This document shows positions 55,287 through 64,000 of a stretch of 64,000 bases of DNA, one piece after another. The stretch's first letter is position 1. Every line of letters starts with the position of its first letter. Source of the DNA: Rhizaria sp. SCN 62-66 (taxonomy: Eukaryota); NCBI GenBank assembly GCA_001724265.1, contig MEDY01000070.1:1-64000 (forward strand), given 5' to 3'. The position numbers were made by a program, and so were the translations under genes. Below the pieces are notes generated by a model, which was given only the letters and a program-made list of their open reading frames with translations, was not told the DNA's origin and made no database searches.

Positions 55287-58200
55287 CAGTGCGAGTGCGG
55301 GTGCGCTGCTGCAGAGCGCCTTGGGCCGGCCCCTCGAGCTTGCAGTCACTCTGCTGTCCACGTCGCTCGCTGTCGCGCCCCACCCCCACGGCGCTAGCGT
55401 CGCGCCGTCCTCCAGTCGCCCCGCGGCCGTGCCGGTTTATTCTTCTTCCGCCGCAGTGTCCGCGGCCGTGGGCTTCGCGGCGGGCTCAGCCTCCGCGCCC
55501 GCTGTCACGCTGCTTGCCGTGCGCTTTGCTTCGGGCGCCGTTGCCGTCGCCGTCGCCGGGTCGCTGACTGCGCCCCGCTCGCCCCGCGCCGCCGCCGCTG
55601 CCCACGGTCACTCAGCTGCTCACGGTCACTCCCAGTCAGCGTCGTGGTGGTTCCTTCCGGAGACTCTCACCCGCGCCATCGCCGCTGTTGCAGCCGCAGC
55701 ACTGGCGGCGTCTACTGCGCGATCGCCGTCGCTGGAGACCGCGCCAACGGTCACTGTGACGCCGCGGCCGGCCACTGCGCTCGCATTCGCGCCCTGCGCC
55801 GCGCTATTTCTCTCCACGCCCTTGGTCACCAGCGGCGGGAGCGGCGGCGGCGGCGGCAATAACATCATCGCAACTGCGGCTTCTGTGGCGCCCTTAGCCG
55901 CCTTAGCTGCCTTGGCGCCGCTATCGTCTGCCGCGCCTGTTGGGCTGGCAGCGGCGCTCTTTCTCGGCACCGGCGCCGGCTCGGTGCTCGCGGCCGAGCT
56001 GCACGTGACTCCGCCGCCCGCGCTTGCGAACACGGACGCAAGCAGCGCTGCTCCCGCCGGGTTGTGTCTTACGGTACGCGGCGCAGTCGCCGTCACACAC
56101 GCCGTCCCCACACTCAGCCACGTCCCTTCCACCTCTACCTCCGCCTCCGCCTCCGCCTCCGCCTCTGCCTCCGCTTCTGCGTCTGCGTTGATGGCTGCGA
56201 CTGTTCACAGCGCGCCGGTGACCGTGGACTCCGACGGCGCCGCGCTGACGCGGCTTGACTTCCTGCCAGCGCTGGCGCTGCGCGCGAGCGTCGCGGCCGT
56301 CCCGCCGACCGGAGGCGCCGCCGCCGCGCCCGCAGGCGCGTGGGCGCTGCCTTCTCCCGACGGCATCGCCACCGTCATCACAGTCTCTACTCAAAGCACC
56401 GCCACTGCGTTGCAAAAGTCGCTGGCGCTGCCGCAGGTGCTGGGGCCGGCGCTGCTGCCGCGGCTGCCGCTGCTGGCGGCGGCGTCGGCTTCTGGCGGCT
56501 GGGCGCTGCTGCCGCCGCCCCTCAGCAGCGGCAACAGCGCCAGCGTGACCGACATCGCGGGCGGGCTCATCTCTGCTCCGGCACTGCTTGCAGCGCCCGC
56601 GCTCGCCGCCGACCGGCCCACCACCGCCGCGGGCGCCGCTGCGGTCGCCGCCGCCGCCGCGCCCGCGCTCGCCGCTCTGGCGACTGCCGGGGGACAGCTC
56701 TGGGCACCCGTGCTCGCGGTGACCGCGCGCGCCGCCGCCGCCGCGCTGGCCGCCGCCGCCGCGCGCAGGGTGTTTCCGCCGTCGCTGCTCCCGCACTCGC
56801 TTTCGCAGCAGCAGCAACACAGTCACAGCGAAGACTGTGGCAGCGTGACGTATAACGTCGACTGCGAGTGGGCGTGGCTTTCGCCGGCATTGCCGCGCGC
56901 GCTGGCTGCCGCGCCTGCGGGCGCTTTGGCCCTGTCCGTGGCCGTCGCCGCCGCGCCGGTGCCGGTCGTCACAACGGCCACCGTTACGGTCACAGTCGCG
57001 CTGCTGCCGTGCCACACGGCCGACGCCGACACTACGACGGCTGCCGCGAGAGCGACAGGCAACAGGAGCAGGAGCGACAGCAAGACCGGCCACGGCAGCC
57101 ACAACCGCAGTCGCCACCATCGTCACCAGGGCAGAAGCAGCAACAGTGGCCCCGTGACAACAGATGCAAACGCTGCCCACCACCACGCCCGCTCCGTCGC
57201 CGCCGCTGCCGTGGCTGCCGGCGAGTCTCCCGTGGCCGCGCTTGCGGCCGCCGCACGCGCCTACGTCGCCGCCGCCGCGACCGCCGCGGCCGTGCGTGTT
57301 GCTGCTGCCGCGCCATCCAGCCCCCCCGGCAACAGCAGCAGCAACTGGAGCGTTAACGGCTCTGGATCCGGCTCTGGCGCAAGCTCCCCTATCGCCGGCG
57401 GCAACGGCGGGCTGTGGGGCGCGGGCGCGGGCGGCCCGTGGCGGCCCGCAGCCGTCACCGGGCTCACGGTCACTCTGCACGGACACCGCGTGTTGGCGCA
57501 CTTGCCACAGCCGCAGTCCCCTCCCGTTCCCGCGCCGTCGCGCACTCTGTCGAGCGCTGCCGCTGCGCTTGCGGGTGTGGCGCAGGCGCAGGCGCAGTGG
57601 CCGTGGGGGCGCCGCCGCGCGTGTGTCTGGGGCGTGGCGCGCACACTGGGGCTGGCTGCAGTCTCCATTGTCACAGCACTGCCTCTGTCGCCGCCACCGC
57701 AGCGACTGCTACTGCCACTGCCGCTGCCACAGTCGCAGGTGTCTCCGTCCGCAGCCAAGGCCCGCTCGATCGCCGCGTCGCCCTCCTCGTCCGCGGCCGC
57801 CGCCAGTGCTGCTGGGGCCAGCGGCGGGGTTGCGGCGACAGCGCTCACGGTCACTGCGGCGCTGCACCCGTCCGCTCTGCTGCTCACGGTCACCGCGGCG
57901 ACCGACGCGCCCCCCGAGGCCGCCGGCGCTGCTGCTTCGTTCTCCGCCGCCGCTGCAGCCGGCGGCGGCGCGGTGACGGTCGTGGCCAGCCCCGCGCTGC
58001 CGGCGAGCTGCGCGTTCCCCGCCGCTGCTTCTGTCACGGTCACGCACGCGGGCGCGCTGCGCGCCGCCATTGTGTCACGCTCTTTCGCCTCTGCTCCCGC
58101 AGCGACAGGGAAGCCCAGGCACGATCGCTGGCTTCTGCACACGACCGCGCTGCCCGCCGTCAACACCACGGCTGCCGCCGCCGCCGCGTTCTCTGCCGCG

Positions 58201-61200
58201 GCGCCCGCGTGGCGCGCTCTGTGCGCGCTGCCCGGCCCGGCGTCGCACGTCGCGTGGGTCAACGCTGACGTGCTTGCCGTTGTCACCGGCACCGGCAACG
58301 GTGCTGAAAACGGCGCGAGCGGCGGCGGTGCGGCCGAACTGCTGTTCTTGCGCGCTCCTGTCTCCGCGGCTGGTGCGACTGCGGCTGCCGCGGCGGCCGC
58401 GCCCGAGGACGCGGCCGAGGCAGAGGGCGTCTTGTTGCTGCGTTTTCCACTGCGCGTGCCCGCGCCCGCGCGCAGCCTGGGCGCCGCGTCTCTCGGGGAC
58501 CGAGACAGCAGCGCGCCGCCGGCGAGAGACGACGTGGACGTCGTGTTTAACGGCGGACCGGGCGCTGTGACCGTGAGCGCGCTCGCGTGCCGCGGGTCTC
58601 TGCTCGCGGTCTCGCTCGCGTCGGGCCAGTCGCTGCTGTTTGAGCTGACTGTCGCGCTCACATCGTACGCCGGCGCGTCGCCGGTGCAGCAGCAGCCACA
58701 GCAGCAGCAGCCGGTGCAGTCGCCGACTGGCGCGATCTCGCTGTCCACGCGGCTGCTGAAACCGCTGCCGACGGTCACCTCACTGCTCGCGCGCGCCGCC
58801 GCGGCCGCTTCCGCTGCAAATGCCCTCGCTGCAAATGCCGCTGGCGCTGGCGCTGGCACGCGGCAGCCCGCGGTCACGGTGACCGTGAGCCTCACCGCTG
58901 TGTTGAGGGCCGTCACAATCACAATGCTGCCTCCTGCCGGTGCGGTCCCGAACACCGACTCTTGGCTCGTGCCTGCCGCGCCGACCGCGGCCGCTGCGGC
59001 TGCCGGATGCTCGCTCATGTTCCCGCAGCCCTCCGCCGCCGCTGAGACCGCGGACCCTGCCAATAGCGACCGCGCCGCGCTGCCGTTGCCGCTGCCGCTG
59101 GCCGCCGCCGTGCTGCTGTTTCCCGCAGGCGCGCGGCCAGCCGGCAGAGGCGGCTTCAACTCAGACACCGGTTGCGGTCTCGCCAGTCTGTCACCGGTGC
59201 GCTTTTGCTCAGACAGCGTGGGCGCACCTCAGGGGCTGGCGCTGGCGCTGATGCCGCTGCTGCCCGCGGCGGGCTCTGCGGATGCGCTTCAACCGCTGCT
59301 GCTGCTGTCTCCTCCGCGAGCCCCCGCCTCCTCACTGTGGGAGCCAGCCGCTGTGTTCTCGCTGCCCACAGTCTACACCGACCCCGCTGCCGCCGCCGCG
59401 TCCGCCGCGTCCCCCACTGCGCTGGCTTCAAGCGCCACAGGACCTGGCCGCATGCCAGTTGTCTCGGTATGCTACCGCCACCGGCTGTCGCCCGCGCTCG
59501 CACTCGCGGTCGCGGTTGCGGTCGACGGTTCCGCTGAAGCGCGGCGTCTCCGTCTCCGGCGGAGTAGGACCGGCGGCGATCGCAGCACTAGCATCGACGG
59601 TGAGGCCGTCGAGACGTGCACGCTCGTGCCGCTTGCTCTGCCCGTCGACGTTTCCGTTGGCACCAACGCTCTCGTAAATGGGCGCGGGCATGGTCACGGG
59701 CACACAGGCTTCAGCGCCCCTCTCGCGCCCACCTCCCGCGCCAGCAGCGCCGGCGCCGTGGGCACTGCCGCCGGCGCCGTGCCGCTTGTATTCCCGCTCA
59801 GCGGCTACACCCCGACTCTTACGCGCGGCGTCAGCGCGGCGTCGTCCGGCGCCGCGCGCGACTGCGTCGCCGTGGCCACTTCTGCGCCCGCGCTGTCCCC
59901 GACCGAGCTCTTGCTCTCCTTGCTCGACCCCGTGTCGCGTCCTCTGCTCCTCGCCTCCGCCGCCGCCACCGCCACCGCCGCCACCGGGCCCGAAAGCGCC
60001 CCTGCGGCCGTCGCGGCGGCGCTGCCAGAGTTTTTCGGTCCCGCTGCGCTGTCGCTGCTGGCGCTGGGTGGGCTGGACGACGCCGAGGACGAGGCCGAGC
60101 TGCTCGCGCTCATCCAGGCAGAGTACTCGGAGGAGCTCGCCGCCGCCGCCACCGCCGCCGCTTCGCCGGCCGCTGCGGCGACTGCGACGGCGCTGACGCC
60201 GCCGTCGCTGCTTGCGTCCCCCTCATCCCGCGGCGAGGCCGACGCGCAGACCGGCGGATGGAGGTGGCTGTACGCGCCTCCGCCACAGCCTCTCTCGCAA
60301 CGCACTGCTCCGGCGGCGCAGCACGTGGAGCCTGCTGCGGGCGCGCGCCGGCGGGCGCGGCTTGTCACTACCGTGCACGCGCTGTCACTCGCCGCACTCC
60401 CCGCGTCCGCTGCTGCCACTGTTGCTTCAAACACTGCAGCTGTGTCTGAGACTGCCATGGTGGCTGCGGCTGCAACGAATGGTCGGCAGCAACGGCATAC
60501 CCGCGCTAAGCCTGTGGCACAGACGCGCTCGCGCTCGTCGTCGTTCGCCGCCGCCGCTGCTGCCGCCGCCGCTGCCGCCGCCGCTGCCCCGCCCGCGCCA
60601 GTGACTCTTGCGCTGTCCGCACTGTCTGCGGCTACACACGCGCGCGTCACAACGGCAACAGCTGCGCTGACCGCCGCGACCGCCACTGTGGATCAGCTGC
60701 TGGCGCCACCACCGCCGGTTTTGGCCGGCATTCGGTCGCGCTCGGGCACCGTCACCGTGGCTGCTGCCGTAGCCGCCGCAGCGGCGGTCGCGAGCGGCGC
60801 AAGTGCGCGCGGTGGCGCCGCAAAGACATATCTGTCGAGTGCAGGCGTGATTGACGTCGCCAAGGTTGTTGCGTCTCGTGATGCAAACACCAGCGCGCAC
60901 GCGTCGTACTTTGCCCACAAGTTCGCATTTGCGCCTTCGACTGGTGGCAACGGCGGCTCCTCACCACAGCCCGACGGGTCACTTTCACCGCCGAGCGTCA
61001 ACGCTGCCACAATCTCCGCTGCAGCTGCTAACGCTACTACTGGCACTGCTGGCTCAAGCTCGCCGAACGGCGTGCCGCCAACAGGCGCGACTCCTGCACT
61101 CCTGTCGCCCGCAGCGGCATTCCGCGAGAAGCTGCGCCGCAAGGTCGCTCTGAGCAATGCGAGCTCTCTCACTGCTCCCGCCGCGAACGGCTCAACTGCC

Positions 61201-63330
61201 GGTTTGCCCGACACGCCGGCCGTGGCCGCTGCCGCGACCGCTGCCGCAACTGCCGCGGCGTTCCTGCAGGACGTCGACTCCACCGGCGCGCCCACACGCT
61301 CGCTAACCGACGAGTTCAAGGACGCCGCGGGCCGCAGCTTGACCGCCACTGCGCGCGGCTCCGCAAACTTAGAGCGGGGGCTCGACGGCTTCCCCGTTCC
61401 GGACTCGCTGTTGAGTGGCTGGCTCGCTGCTGCGCTGACGGCCCCTGCGCCCGCGCCTCCGTCAACTTCGGCTTCAACCGCGCTTGTCCCTGCAAACCAA
61501 GGCGTTAGCACGAGCAGTATCCGCGCATTGCGGCCTGCCATTTCGATGGCGGCTTCTGCTGCTGCCATCGCGATGCCGCTCGCACTGACCTCGGCGCCGC
61601 TCGCGCTTGCGGCGGACCCGGCGGCTGCACTGCTTTTGTTGCTGCTGCTACCCGCGGGCGGACCGCTGCAGCAGAGGCGTGCGCTCGCCTCGGCTCATCT
61701 GCTCACGGTGACTCGCCGCGTGCCCACGCCAGGCGTTACGATGACGAGCGCCGCTGTCAGTGCCAACTCAGCGGTCACGCTGGACCCTGTGGTCGCCAAG
61801 GCCGTCGCTGTGAGCGCGCAGCGCACGCAGCTGATGCAGCTGGTGTTGGCGCGCGCTCTGGCTCTGTCAGCGTCTGCGCAGCCGCAAGCACGCGCCGCTT
61901 CTGCGCACGCCGCGGGCGCTTTGGCGGCGGCGGGGCCCGTCGGCGCCGTTCTGGGGTGGCTCCTCGACCCGTCGCTGTCTCCGCTCACGCAGGGCCCGCT
62001 GGACTTGATCGCGCCGCTTATCGCGCCTGCCCCCGCGCACACAGCTGATTCGCCAGCTGCCGCGTCTCCGGCTAGTTCCGCTGCTGACAGCACGCCCGGC
62101 GCGTTGGCGATGGCGGCCTCGCTGCTGCCCGCGCCCGCGCTGCCGCTGGCCGCCGAGCCCGCGCGCGTAGCGGCTCTGGCGCGCACGGCAGCCTCTCTAA
62201 CGCGCGCGCTGCGGCTGCACGACCTGGCGCACTGGGGGCCCGCGCTGGCGGCTTTCGCCCTGCTTGCGCGCCGCTGCGTCCGCTGCCTTAGCGTGGACGA
62301 CAGTGACAACGAGCGCGGCTGTGAGCACTGCGCCGCGAGCGAGAGCGACGACTGGGATGTTGAGATGCCAGGCGTTGCCATTTTCTCCGTTCTGCTGGCG
62401 CGTGCTGCGTCCGCCGCTGGCGCCGTCGTGACGCGTCTGAGCGCTTCCTTCAATCCGCCTGCAGCAGCTGCTGCTGAGGGCTTGGTGCTGCCGTTGCCGG
62501 CGCTGCTCCCGCTTCTGTCGCTTGCGCTTGGCGACTGCGCAGCGGCTCTGGTGCTGGTCGAGCGGCTGCACGGCGTGCCCGCGGCCGCCGCCGCCGCCGA
62601 TGCGCTCTCGGCCGTGGTGGCGCGCGTGCGGCTGCAGACTGTGTTCGCAGTGACAAAGACGCGCCCGACGTTCGTGCCCGCGACCCCGCCCGCGCTGCTG
62701 CCCGCGCCAGTGCCCGCGACGACGGTGGCGTGGCGCCCGCCGCCGACCGCCGCCGCTGTGGGCGCGCTTACCTCGCCGCCGGGCTTTGCCTTTGGACTAC
62801 CCGGTGCGTCAAGTCTTGGTAACGGCCTCAGTCGCATCGCCAGCTCCAACCCCGCTTCGGGGCTGGGCTTTGGCTTTGACAACAGTAGTAGCAGCTCCCC
62901 CGCTACCACACAGAACACGACGAGTGTTAACGCGCACGCCGTGAGCGCGTGGGTGCGACACTGGGAGGCTCGACTGATCAAGGCTTCCGCACACCCCGAC
63001 TCGCCGCTTGTCCCCTCAACGGCTGCCGGTGCAACCACGCAGTCTGCGTCGCACGGACAGAGCGCTGCGCAGGGCGTGCTCGACGTGCGGTCCCGCTCTG
63101 GTGCGGCGCTGCTGAACGCGTTCGCGCGCCGGTGCGGCGGCGCAGGGTTCGTGAGCTACTGCGCGGGCGTGCTGTCACTGCACCGCGGGATCGGCCGCTA
63201 CGCCAGACTACTCGGTGCCAAGATGGCGGAGCTGCTGGCGGGTACTGCCGAAGATCCTGCGCCGTGGCCTGCGCTTGCGGCCGATGCCGAAGCCAGGATA
63301 ATCTCTGCCTTATTTGCTGCTAAGTATTAA
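52954..63330 (+). CDS. Giant Ala-rich hypothetical protein, about 3458 aa, intronless, function unknown
   Basis: 10.4-kb open frame with the coding-style composition of neighbouring genes, bounded by AT-rich spacers. First ATG at 52954, ends TAA. No family confidently recognised. Confidence 0.7.
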
Positions 63331-63513
63331 CGTTGATGCTCATGCCATCCCTAGATAGTCTTGTTGTTTAATTCAATCGATATGTATTCATGGCTAAATA
63401 GATAAACTTATCCTCACTAGTGTAAAAATTATGTGCAAAATACACATGCTTATTTGCTACAATGTACGTGGAACAATGCAAGTGGATATCACTGCTCAGT
63501 ACGAAACTATAAT

Positions 63514-64000
63514 TTACTTCTTGTTCCCTTTCGTAGCATTCTTGTTCTCATCGCTGTCATAAGTGTTGCGGTTCGTAGGTGAAACATAGCGGAGTCCCAG
63601 TGCCACAAACACGTCCCGCTCCTCACGCACAAACACAGCTTTCCCCTTGGACACGGCGACACGTTTCTCGCGGTGCGCGGGTCGCAGCGCCGAATCAGAC
63701 AGCGACCAGCCCTTGAGGTGCGCAAGGTGGCGCATGGAACGGTTGAAGTAGTCCGAGCCCGTGAAATACAGCAGCGCGCACGGGAAGTGCGGCGCAGCGT
63801 AGAACTTGAGATCCAGTCGTCGGTTCACGCCTGACGCCTGCGGGTGCCACGGTGGCAACCGGCAGAAACCCATCCAAGTCGTGTCCTTACTGTCATCGGC
63901 GTCACTGGGCAGCATCCACAGCGGCGGCAGCTCCTCGGCGGCGCTCTTGTCGCCGGCAGCGCTCGAGTTGCTGGGGCTGAATCCAAACCGCGGGCTGTTG
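63514..64000 (-). CDS. POLL: X-family DNA polymerase (Pol lambda-like), C-terminal part, 5'-partial
   Basis: WMGFCRLP, RRLDL, CALLYFTGSDYFNRSMR, SLSDSAL and ERDVFVALGLRYVSP are PolX palm/thumb motifs. Ends TAA. Confidence 0.88.
   Translation of the reverse strand, partial: NSPRFGFSPSNSSAAGDKSAAEELPPLWMLPSDADDSKDTTWMGFCRLPPWHPQASGVNRRLDLKFYAAPHFPCALLYFTGSDYFNRSMRHLAHLKGWSLSDSALRPAHREKRVAVSKGKAVFVREERDVFVALGLRYVSPTNRNTYDSDENKNATKGNKK

Noticed and set aside
52954-63330. Assigning the giant plus-strand protein to a known propeller-solenoid family such as CPLANE1
   Set aside because: There is only a vague resemblance in one short segment (LALGDCAAAL), which is not supportable without profile searches.
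1-64000. Prokaryotic operon, CRISPR array, prophage or transposon
   Set aside because: Spliceosomal introns and eukaryote-specific genes (APC10, RRP8, DHHC, SLC25) are present. I saw no repeat-spacer array, transposase, reverse transcriptase or terminal repeats.

Overview
Eukaryotic (protist-like) nuclear DNA with GC-rich exons, AT-rich introns of about 105-325 nt and short intergenic spacers. I reconstructed 15 protein genes by hand: kbl/GCAT (3' part), APC10, an ARM-like plus degenerate-cyclophilin protein, a SpoU methyltransferase, RRP8, SPO11, a DHHC palmitoyltransferase, a PH-TM-START protein, an MmpL/RND transporter, DPM1, an SLC25 carrier, a 1667-aa probably GPI-anchored surface protein, two giant Ala-rich proteins, and a Pol lambda-like gene (3' part). 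There is also one tRNA-Arg(CCG). Main result: the organism appears to use a non-standard nuclear genetic code in which UAG is a sense codon, most likely Gln, while UAA and UGA remain stops. Five in-frame TAG codons interrupt three otherwise continuous genes, there is no in-frame TAA, TGA or frameshift in them, and all 15 modelled genes end in TAA (9) or TGA (6). Secondary signals: 18 of 20 modelled introns start GTACG, and 9 of 13 genes have a splice-acceptor-like AG 0-11 nt before the ATG (5'-UTR introns or spliced-leader trans-splicing). All family assignments are from motif recognition; no database search was run.
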